Positions 13,301-25,300 of a stretch of DNA of 64,000 nt are shown piece by piece. The notes beneath the pieces are model-generated. The model was given only the letters and a program-made list of their open reading frames with translations, was not told where the DNA came from and did not search any database. The stretch is from Leucoraja erinacea (lineage: Eukaryota), in NCBI RefSeq assembly GCF_028641065.1, contig NC_073405.1, positions 12,648,001 to 12,712,000 on the forward strand, given 5' to 3'. Both the position numbers and the translations under genes were made by a program. Positions within the stretch are counted from its first letter, which is position 1. Each line of letters starts with the position of its first letter.

Positions 13301-16300
13301 CGGATTTCTCTGACCATTGCTTAGACACCAGTAAAGAGCCACGGCAACATTTCAGCTGTGCTCTTGCTGGCATTGCAAACAACTTTGCACTAAATTCTTT
13401 TATACTTATCACAAATGTCTTTTGCTTTATCGCAGAGAGGAAATGGTTAACAGCACCAGAGTGACAGCTGAATGTTTATTTAAAAATGTGTCCACCATGG
13501 AACCCATCAACCGAGAAGATGTTTATGATGAATTTAGCGAGATGACCAAAGACATTTCCTCACTGGGGCCATACGAACTGCAAAGCAACAGCCTCTATGT
13601 AGACGGTACTTATCAAAATATTCCTTGGTGTTTTTCATCATATTGTATTTGTCCAATCTACAGTAACTATTGATTTATAGACAAGTTCTTTGGTATTTAC
13701 ATATTTAGATCGGGGACAACCAGGCATGATATCCTATAGGATCTGAGAAAGCAAACCTTAAATTCATTCACAGTCTTGCTCTTCGGAGCCTGCCTTTGCA
13801 CAAACACACTGCCTCACTGGTATGACCCACTCACAAAAGGATTTTCTTCCTGATAAATATTCAAGGAGAGGGAAAAAAATACCCGATTAAAAAGTTGCAT
13901 GCTTTTTTAGAAGAAACAAAGTGCTAGAGTAACTCAGCGGGTCAGACAGCATCACTGGAGAACGTGAATGGGTGGCATTTCAGCTCAAAATCCTTCTTCA
14001 GGCAGATTGTGGGGTGGTGGGGGGAGAAGAAAGCTGTAAGAGAAGGGAGGCAGTACAAAGCACGTCATTAATAGGTGGACACAAGTGAGGTGGAGTTTAG
14101 ATACGCAGAAGGTTGGACAAAGGGCAGAGACGAAAAAACATAAAGTCTGGGGGAAAGGATTGAAGAGTTGCAAATTTGAAGCCAGAACTAGGAATGTAGA
14201 TGGGAGGAGTTTACTAGGTGCATGCCCAGTAAGTGGGAGGAGTTTACTAGGTGCATGCCCAGTTGTTGTTGTGGTTGGTGGATTTTTGAAGGTTGCCTAA
14301 ACTTGAACATTTAAAGTTCAACCTTTATTTCTCTGTTTGTTTTCAGATTTCAATGTACAGCACAATGTCAATGGTGAGTTTGTATCAAATGCATGAAATA
14401 ATTGTCTAACACTACATTTGTTCTTCTCCATCTGTTGCTTAAACTCTGTAGAAATCCAGTACTGGGAAACAGTTTTTAAACTATTTGAAAATCGTGGTTC
14501 TCACAACATGCTAAATTGCTTACTCTATTTCCACACTTCCAGTTCCAACCGAGGTAAGAAATCCCATTGAATACAACGTGACTTTCATTGTTGACAATCT
14601 GTCTATTGAAGAAATTCAAGCAAACCCTTCAGAAACAGCAACCATGATTGCAAATGAGGTGAGAGAATTTACAAGTTAATTCACTGATGTTGTTTTACTT
14701 CATCGTACCCTTTTTATTTCTCATTCTGACTCAATTATTGTTACTGCTTTCAGCTCACCGAACTGTTCGAAAATAGCAATGTCAATGCTACATTCTTGAC
14801 ATGTGTTGTGGAATCCTTCAGGTAACTCAAAATAACTTTCCTATTAAATGATAAAATTGATAACGCTCAATAATTCCAATTTGCAAACGCATTAATTTCA
14901 ATTTAATTAAAAATTAATGAGCAAATTTCCCACAAATATCATGTAGAATTAATATAAATTCTACCAGAAAAAAGGTACAATGTACCAGAGTCTCCTTGTG
15001 AGTCAGGCAGCAATTCTGTAGACGCTGGCGAGGCAAAGTTTTGTCGTAGGGGAGTCCAGTTGCCGGTTTTTCGGTGACCTGCTACGACTGTGACAGTCGC
15101 CTGCAGTCAACGAAAATATCGCTTAAGTGGGACAAATACATAAGTATCTAAGCTACTCTTCGAAATATGAGGTGCTGTTCCTCCAGTTTGAGTGTGGCCT
15201 CACTCTGCAATTGATGAGGCCCAGGACAGACAGATTGGTTTGGGAATGGAAAGGGAGATAAATTGTTTTTCAACCAGGATTTCCAGCAGACCTTGGATGA
15301 CTGCACATGTTTGGCGAAAAAGTCATCTAGATACTGTTTGGTCTTGCCAACGTATAGGATACCACATAATGTGCAGCAAATGCATTAGGTGGTGTTAGTA
15401 ACAGTTGGGGTGTAAACTGAGGATGGGGGGAACTCTATCCTTGTTCCGTCTGGGTGAGGGTGATGTGAGAGCAGATCTAAGGGAGACTTGGGTGAGGGAT
15501 CCTTCTAAAACAGCCAAGGCTAATATATATTTACACTAGAAAGACGACATCATGGATGCCCGAGAATGGGAAGCCACATCGTGGTTGAAGATGGGCTGGA
15601 GACGGACAAATTCAGTCGGATTTCTCTAACCATTGCTTAGACACCAGTAATGAGCCACGGCAACATTTCAGCTGTGCTCTTGCTGGCATTGCAAACAACT
15701 TTGCACTAAATTCTTTTACACTTATCACAAATGTATTTTGCTTTATCGCAGAGAGGAAATGGTTAACAGCACCAGAGTGACAGCTGAATGTTTATTTCAA
15801 AATGTGTCCACCATGGAACCCATCAACCGAGAAGATGTTTATGATGAATTTAGCGAGATGACCAAAGACATTTCCTCACTGGGGCCATACGAACTGCAAA
15901 GCAACAGCCTCTATGTAGATGGTACTTATCAAAATATTCCTTGGTGTTTTTCTTCGTAATGTATTTGTCCAATCTACAGTAACTATTGATTTATAGACAA
16001 GTTCTTTGGTATTTACATATTTAGATCAGGGACAACCAGGCATGATATCCTATAGGATCTGAGAAAGCAACCCTTTAAATCATTCACAGTCTTGCTCTTA
16101 GGAGCCTGCCTTTGCACAAACACACTGCCTCACTGGTATGACCCACTCACAAAAGGGTTTTCTTCCTGATAAATGTTCAAGGAGAGGGAAAAAAATACCC
16201 CATTAAAAAGTTGCATGCTTTTTTAGAAGAAACAATGAGCTAGAGTAACTCAGCGGGTCAGGCAGCATCACTGGAGAACGTGAATGGGTGACATTTCAGC

Positions 16301-19300
16301 TCAAAATCCTTCTTCAGACAGATTGTGGGGTGGTGGGGGGAGAAGAAAGCTGTGAGAGAAGGGAGGCAGTACAAAGCACGTCATTAATAGGTGGACACAG
16401 GTGAGGTGGAGTTTAGATACGCAGAAGGTTGGACAAAGGCCAGAGACGAAAAAACATAAAGTGTGAGGGAAAGGATTGAAGAGTTGCAAATTTGAAGCCA
16501 GAAAAAGGAATATAGACGGAGGGCAAGGGGGAGGAGTTTACTAGGTGCATGCCCAGTTGTTGTTGTGGTTGGTGGGTTTTTAAAGGCTGCCTAAACTTGA
16601 ACATTTAAAGTTCAACCTATATTTCTCTGTTTGTTTTCAGATTTCAATGTACAGCACAATGTCAATGGTGAGTTTGTATCAAATGCATGAAATAATTGTC
16701 TTTAGCTACATTTGTTCTTCTCCATCTGTTGCTTAAACTCTGTAGAAATCCAGTACTGGGAAACAGTTTTTAAACTATTTGAAAATCGTGGTTCTCACAA
16801 CATGCTAAATTGCTTACTCTATTTCCACAGTCCCAGTTCCAACCGAGGTAACAAATCCCATTGAATACAACGTGACTTTCGTTGTTGACAATCTGTCTAT
16901 TGAAGAAATTCAAGCAAACCCTTCAGAAACAGCAACCATGATTGCAAATGAGGTGAGAGAATTTACAAGTTAATTCACTGATGTTGTTTTACTTCATCGT
17001 ACCCTTTTTATTTCGCATTCTGACTCAATTATTGTTATTGCTTTCAGCTCACCGAACTGTTCGAAAATAGCAATATCAATGCTACATTCTTGACATGTGT
17101 TGTGGAATCCTTCAGGTAACTCAAAATAACTTTCCTATTAAATGATAAAATTGATAACGCTCAATAATTCCAATTTGCAAACGCATTAATTTCAATTTAA
17201 TTAAAAATTAATAAGCAAATTTCCCACAAATATCATGTAGAATTAATATAAATTCTACCAGAAAAAAGGTACAATGTACCAGAGTCTCCTTGTGAGTCAG
17301 GCAGCAATTCTGTAGACGCTGGCGAGGCAAAGTTTTGTCGTAGGGAGGTCCAGCCGCCGGTTTTTCGGTGACCTGCTATGACTGTGACAGTCGCCAGCAG
17401 TCACCGAAAATATCGCTTAAGTGAGACAGACAAATAAGGCTCTAAGCTACTCTTCGAAATATGAGGTGCTGTTCCTCCAGTTTGAGTGTGGCCTCACTCT
17501 GCAATGGATGACGCCCAGTACAGACAGATTGGTTTGGGAATGGAAAGGGAGTTAAATTGTTTTTGAACCAGGATTTCCAGCAGACCTTGGATGACCGCAC
17601 ATGTTTGGCGAAAAAGTCACCTAGATACTGTTTGGTCTTGCTAACGTATCGGACACCACATAAGGTGCAGCAAATGCATTAGGTGGTGTTAGTGACAGGT
17701 GGGGTGTAAACTGAGGATGGGGGGAACTCTATCCTTGTTCCGTCTGGATGAGGGTGGTGTGAGAGCAGATCTCGGGGAGAATTGGGTGAGGGATCCATCT
17801 AAAACAGCCAAGGCTAATATATATCATAAGGCTACATATATATAAGGCTAATACGACATAATTGATGCCATAGAATGGGAAGCCACATCGTAGTTAAAGA
17901 TGGGCTGGAGACGGACAAATTGAGAATCAGATTTCTCAACCCATTGCTTAGACACCAGTAATGGGCCATGGCAACATTTCAGCTGTGCACTTGCTGGCAT
18001 TGCAAACAACTTTGCACTAAATTATTTTGCATATCACAAATGTCTTTTGCTTTTTCGCAGAGAGGAAATGGTTCACAGCACCAGAGTGACAGCTAATTGT
18101 TCATTCCAAAATGTGTCCACCATGGAACCCATCAACCGAGAAGTTGTTTATGCTGAATTTAGCGAGATGACTGATGGCATTTTCTCACTGGGTTCATACG
18201 AACTGCAAAGCAACAGCCTCTATGTAGACGGTACTTATCAAAATATTCCTTGGTGTTTTTCTTCATATTGTATTTGTCCAATCTACGGTAACTATTGATT
18301 TATAGACAAGTTCTTAGGTATTTACATATTTAGATCAGTGACAGCCAGGCATGATATCCAATGGGATCTGAGAAAGCAAACCTTAAAATCATTCAGTCTT
18401 GCTCTTCGTAGTCTGCCTTTGCACAAACACACTGCCACACTGATATAACCCACTCATAAGAATGTCTTCTTCCTGATAAATGTTCAAGTAGACGCAAAAA
18501 AAAACTCCATTAAAAAGTTACATGTTTTTTTAGAAGGCACAAAGTGGGTCAGGCAGCATCACTGGAGAACGTGAATGGGTGACACTTCAGCTCGAGATCC
18601 TTCTTCGAACTGATTGTGGGGTGGTGGGGGGAGAAGAAAGCTGGAAGAGAAGGGAGGCAGTACAAAGCACGTCATTAATAGGTGGACACAGGTGAGGTGG
18701 AGTTTGGATACGCAGAAGGTTGGACAAAGGCGAATGACGAAAAAACATAAAGTGTGAGGGAAAAAGATTGAAGTTGCAAATTTGATGCCAGCAGAAGGAA
18801 TGTAGATGGAGGGCAAGGGGGAGGAGTTTAATAAGTGCGAGCCCAAGTCGGACACAGTGTTGCTGTGGTTGGTGGGTTTTTAAAGTTTGACTAAATTTGA
18901 AGAATTTAAAGTTCATGCCATTGGATTGGTCCTACATATATTTCCTTGTTTGTTTTCAGATTTCACTGTACAGCACAATGTCAATGGTGAGTTTGTATCA
19001 ATTCATCAAACAATTGTCTCGTGTTATATTTGTTCTTCTCCATCTGTTGCTTAAACTGTGCAGAATTTCATCAAAGTTGAACATGTTTTTTTATGACTTC
19101 TTAAATCAAATGCCTTTTAGACACCTGTACTTGAAAAACTCTTACCAGTGGACCTTGACAAATAATTCCCATGTTGCACCACTGCTTTCATTTAGAGAGA
19201 AACAAACATTAAAATAACCTGAGAAGCAAATTGTTGTGATTTATTTGGCGAAGGATTTTATGACTGGGTCAGCTGTCAAAGAGCGAGATAACAAAAATCA

Positions 19301-22300
19301 AGGTCAAAACACATATAACAGGTGTACTATAAGATCCAAGAAATTTGAATTCCAATTGTCTTGGCACATATCCTTGAATTAGTTTGGAGCATTTTCTGTT
19401 TGTACAAATTTATGATGATTTCATAGCTTTTAATAACATTATTCCAATTGTTTCTTCGAAATTTTTCTTTACAGAGCCACAAATTGTTCCTGAACAAAAT
19501 AATCCAAACAATCAAGAGAATCCAGGTAATTCAGCTACATGCTCTGCTCACATCAAGTATATGGAGACCTCCAAGTACTAAAAGCATACATAATTCGCAA
19601 AGAACCACAAAATAAAACCAAAACTGGGCTGTACTCCGCCTACTATCACTACAATGAGTCAGGTGGTGGATGATCAGGATTGGATCTCCCAGTATGATAT
19701 TTTATAGCTTTCATTATAATTGAAGGGAAATTGTGGATGAAGAACAGTAGAGGCTTTGATTCCAAAGGGGAGACATAAGAGATTACAGATGCTGGAAACT
19801 GGAGCGAACAACAAAATACTGGAGGCACTCAATAAGTCAGGCAATACCCGTGGAAGGAAATGGATAAACATTTCAGATCTGAAATTGACTGTCAACTGTC
19901 AATTCCCTTCTCAGATACTGCTGGAATGCTAGGTTATAACAGCAGTTTGTTTTCCCCTTATGATTGTAAAAAAAATAATCAAAATAACAAAAAGCATTGC
20001 ACAACCTCAGCATGACCTAGACCACTTCACAACAAACTGAGCACAAATGAAATGTAATCTCTGATTTCAAATGTTGAATTGCTTACTCTATTACCACAGT
20101 TCCAGTTCCAATCGAGGTAATAAATCCCATTGAGTACAACGTGACATTCATTCTTGACAGTCTGTCTATTGAAGAAATTCAAGCAAACCCTTCAGATACA
20201 GCAACCATGATTGCAGCTGAGGTGAGAGATTTGTACAAGATACTTCCCTGCTGATATATGACTTCATCCTTCCTTTTTCACCTCTCATTCTGACACAATT
20301 TTTCTTAATGCCCACAGCTCACGGACCTGTTCAACAACAGCAGTATCAATGCAACATTTTTAAAGTGTGTTGTGGAATCATTCAGGTAACTAGAGTAACT
20401 TTTCTATTATGCTACGCAAAATTCCTTCGTCTCAACCCGAAACGTTGCCTATTCCTTCTCTCCATAGATGCTGCCTCACCCGCTGAGATCCTCCAGCATT
20501 TTTGTCTAACTTCCAATTGTTCATGCTCTGCTTCCAAGTTGCAAACCCAAAAGTCTCATAAGCAAATTTCCCACAAATTTCAATGCAGAATTAATATATG
20601 CTATCAGAAAAAACCCCCATAATATACTGGAGTATCTCAACGGGACAGACAGCCAATGACTAGACAAAGTTTTGGATCGGGCCCTTTTCAGACTAATTGC
20701 AGTAGGGGTGAGAAACCTGGACGAGGTGTGGTGAAAGCAAGGGACGATATGAACTCTGTCCGTGTGTCATCTGGGTGAGGGTGATGTGAGAACAGATCTA
20801 GAAGATGACGTGGAGGAGTGATCCATTTAATCAAGCAAGGCTAATACACATTTATCAAGAAAGTGGACATCTCTGATGCCCTAAAATGGGATGACTCATT
20901 AGAGGAGCTGATGTGGCGGAGACGGACAAATTTAGATTTCTCTGACCATTGCTTCTCCTCTTGTAATCAGCCACGGAAACATTTCAGCTGTTCTCTTGCG
21001 AACACTGCAAACAACTTTGCACCAAATTCGTTTCCACTTACTACAAATGTCTTTTGCTGTTTTTGCAGTGAGGTAATGGTTCACAGCACCAGAGTGACAG
21101 CTAATTGTTTATTCCAAAACGTGTCCACCATGGAACCCATCAGGCGTGAAGATGTTTACGATGTATTTAAAGAGAAGACCATTAACAGTTCCTCACTGGG
21201 TCCATACGCGCTGCAACGCTACAGCCTCTATGTAGATGGTACTTATCAAAATATTCCACAGTGTTTCTGTACATATTGTTATTCATGCAACATATTGTAG
21301 GTGTCGACCTGGGGTCAAATTGTTTGGTAATTACATATTCAGATCCGGTACGACCAGGTATGATATCTGATGGACTTTGGGAAAGCAAATCTTAAAGTCA
21401 TTCATTAAAGTTAATATTGCAGTTGAAGAAGTGCTGAAGGTATTATCGTGTATGAAGGCAGTCAAATCTTCTGGGCCTGATCAGACCTATCCGTGATTCA
21501 AAAAGGGCTGCAGAGCAAAGGCAGGGACTACAGGCCTGTGAGCTTAACACATGTAGTTGGAAATTTACTGGAGAGTATTCTGAGGGATACAATATACATG
21601 TAATTAGTTGGGCATTGGCTGATTAGGGAAAGTCAGCATGGTTTTGTTTGTGGGACTTTGTGCCTCATGAATCCGATTGAGATTTTGAAGATGTGACCAA
21701 AAGGGTTGATGAGGGCACAGTTATAGATGTGTATAAATAGACTTCAGCAAAGCATTCTACAAGGTTCTGCATGGTAGGCTGCCTTGGAAGGTCAGATCGC
21801 ACGGGATCCAAGGAGAGGTAACTGAATGGATAGAAAATTGGCTTTATGGAAAGAAGCAAAGGGTGATGGTGGAAGGTTGCTTCTTAGAATGGAGGCCTGC
21901 GACCAGTGGTGTGGCTCAGGGTTTGCTGCTGGGCCTGTTACTGTTTGTCATCCATATCAATGATTTTGGTGACAATGTACATGGGAAGATTAACAAGTTT
22001 TCAGATGGTATTGCAGGTAGTGAAAATGTTCTAACTTACAGCGGGATCTTGATCAGCTGGCCAAGTTGGCTGAAGAATGGTTGATGGAACCAAGGTGTGA
22101 GGTGTTACATTTTGGAAAGTCAAACATGGGCAGGACCTACACGGTGAATGGTAGGGCCCTGGGGAGTGTTATAGACCAGGGGGACCTAAGAGTACAGGTA
22201 CATAATTCCATGAAGGAGGAGCCACATGTACATAGGGTGGTCAAAAAGGCTTTTGGCACTTTGGACTTCAGCAGTGTATTGAGTATAGATGTTGGGAGGT

Positions 22301-25300
22301 CGTGCTACTGTTATATAAGATGCTGGTGAGGTCGCATTAAGGGTATTATGTTCACCATGTTAGAGGAAAGATGTTGTCAAGCTGGAATGGGTACAGATAA
22401 TAATTACAAGGATGTTGCCAAGACTCGAGGATCTGAGCTATAGGGAGAGTTTGAGCAGGCTGGGTCTCTATTCCTTGGAGCACAAGAGGATGAGGGTGAT
22501 CTGATTGAGGGGTCAAATTTTCACACAAAGGGTGGTGAGTGTATGGAACGAGCTGCCAGGAGAGGTTGTTGAGGCAGGGACTATCGCAACATTTAAAACA
22601 AAGTTCGACAGGTACATCGATAGGACTGGTTTGGAGGTGTATGGATCAAACACAGGCAGGTGGGACTATTTAGCTAGGACGTTGGGTGGTGGGGACAAAT
22701 GGGGCTGTAGGGCCTTTTCCCACGCAGTATGCCTCTGTGATTCTAAGGTATCCTCACTTACAGGAGGGGTGATATACGTGTGAATCCTGGTGGTGCACAG
22801 AAGGGGAGGGGGGGGGGGGGGGGGGGGGGCTTGTTAGAAGTTACCTAAAATAGGAAAATTCAAAGTTCATCCTGTTGGTTGTAAACTACCTATGTTTCTT
22901 TCTTTGCTTCCAGGTTACACTGTGCAGCCCATCGCCACGGGTGAGTTTGGGTTTCCATTTTATTGTTTCAGGAATCTTTGGTTATTCACTGCATTTATGA
23001 CACTTCCACCACCCATATTCTGCTGGATTAACAGTTGAAATTTTGCCTTGTCCTTTGTTCGCAAGTAAAATCTTGATTGAGAAATGAATGAATTGAAAAC
23101 TTTCCTTGCTCAAGGCAAGGTTTATATTTCTTTACAAAACAAAAGCTGCTTTGAAACCTGCTTCTCAGCCTTATGCTAGAAACAACTCACAAATATACTC
23201 ATCTACATTGTGTGCAGAATTACACTCAAATGTATCAAACAATTGCCTCAGATCACAATTATTCTACTCGATCTGTTGCTTAAGCTGTGTAGAAAACCAT
23301 AACTTGGAAACTGTTCTTAAACTATTTTAAAATTGTTGTAGTATCAGCGTGCTAAATTGCTCACTATATTTCCACAGTTCCAGCTCCAATCGACTTAACA
23401 AATGACATTAATTACAATGTGACGTTCACTGTTAGTCTGCCAATTGAAGAAATTCAAAGAAACCCTTCAGAAACAGCAACCATCATTGCAGCTGAGGTGA
23501 GAAAGTTGTACAAGATAGTTTTCTGCTGATATATTACATCATTGTTCCCTTTTTTTCTCATTCTAACACAATTTTTCTTACTGTCCTCAGATCATAGACC
23601 TGTTCGAAAACAGCATAATCAATGCAACATTTTTAACATGTGTTGTAGAATCATTCAGGTAACTCACAGTCATTTTCCTATCAATTATGAAACTTGTATT
23701 CCTTTAATTTCCAATTGTCCTCAAACAGTGTTTCCAGTATGCAAACACGATAATCTCATAAACACATTTCCTGCAAATATCGTTGCATAGTCAATATACA
23801 TTCTTATATATTCATAGGTGAGTCCAGGTGGGGCACAGGAGAGGGATGTGGGGTGGGGGCGGTTTGTTGGAGCTTACTTCAAATTGGAAAATTCAAGACA
23901 CAGTGTTGTGCAGTACATCAGCGGGTCAGGCAACAAATCTGGATATTATGGCTCTGCAATGTTTTGGGTTTGCCCCTTCTTCAGACATATTGCAGTAGGT
24001 GTGAGATTGGCAAATGGTTGGTCAAATTCCACTGAAAAAGACAAGTAGTTTCGTACAGGGAGAAACCTTAAACAGGCATTAAATATAAAGCCAGAGGAAG
24101 GAAAACTGGTGGATTAAGAGAATGGAGGGAGTTGGGACCATTGAGAACTGGGTGCACACCTACGTGTAGCACAGGGAAGTTGGTGAGAAAGGAAAGGTGG
24201 CATTTGTAGGTTAGTTACGTTAAATTGGAGGATTCATTGTTCATACTGTTAAGCTCTAAGCTACTCTTCGAGGTGCTGTTCCTCTAGTTTGAGTGTGGCC
24301 TCACTCTGACAATGGATGAGGCCCAGGACAGACCATTCGGTAAAGGAATAGGAAGGGGGGATAAAATGTTATAAAACTGGGAGATCCAGTAGACCTTGGT
24401 CGACACTACACGTGTTCAGCTGAATGGTCACCTAGACCATGCTTGGTCTTGCCAATGTAATTGAGACCACATCAGAGCACCAAATGCAATAGATGAGGTT
24501 CAAGACTGTTGGCGTGAAAGCTAAGGACGAGGGGAACTCTGTCCTTGTTCCATCTGGATGAGGCGCATGTGACAACAGAATTAGATGAGACGTGAGTGAA
24601 GGATCCATCTATGACAACCAGTGGTAATCCCATGTTTACTCAAGAAAGGGCATGTCTCAGATGCCCTAGAATGGGAAGCCCATTCCCACGGGAGTGGGAG
24701 CAGATGCGGCGGAGACAGACAAATTGAGAATCGGCTTTCTGTGACCATTGCTTCTACCCTTATAATCAGCCACAGCAATGTTTAGCTGTGCTCTTGTTAA
24801 GACTGCAAACAACTTTGCACTCAATTCTTTTATACTTATCACAAATGTCTTTTGCTTTTTCGCAGCGAGAAAATGGTTAACAACACCAGAGTGACAGCTA
24901 ATTGTTCATTCCAAAACGTGTCCACCATGGAACCCATCAACCGAGAAAAGGTTTATGATGTATTTAACGAGAAGACCGATGACATTTCCTCACTGGGGCC
25001 ACACTTACTGCAAAGCTACAGCCTCTATGTAAACGGTACATATCAAAATATTCTTTGATGTTTCTCTACATATTGTACTTGTGCAATCTACGCTAACTAT
25101 TGATTTATAGTAACGGTTTTTGGTATTTACATATTTAGATCAGGGACAACTAGGTATTGTAGTTTTGCAAAGAGGACCAGAGGACATGGGTTTAAGGTAA
25201 AAAAAATGGAATAGGAATCTGAGGTGTCAAATTTTCACACAAAGGGTGGTGAGTGTATGGAACGAGCTGACAGAAGAGGTTGTTGAGCCAGGGACTATCG

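Larger units (their letters stand above)
1..18060. repeat. Tandem array family A, 8 units of ~2.24-2.32 kb
   Basis: Exon A starts are spaced 2241, 2245, 2234, 2237, 2237, 2236, 2316 and 2309 bp apart; introns are near-identical. Confidence 0.95.

Noticed and set aside
22803-22829. Poly-G tract as a regulatory G-quadruplex
   Set aside because: It is an expanded form of a G-rich TE tract whose length varies among units, and the length is unreliable.
23106-23330. Conserved 74-aa ORF (MLMARFIFLYK...) in each family B unit
   Set aside because: It lies in the B-C intron, has no recognisable motif or fitting splice sites, and is conserved only by recent duplication.
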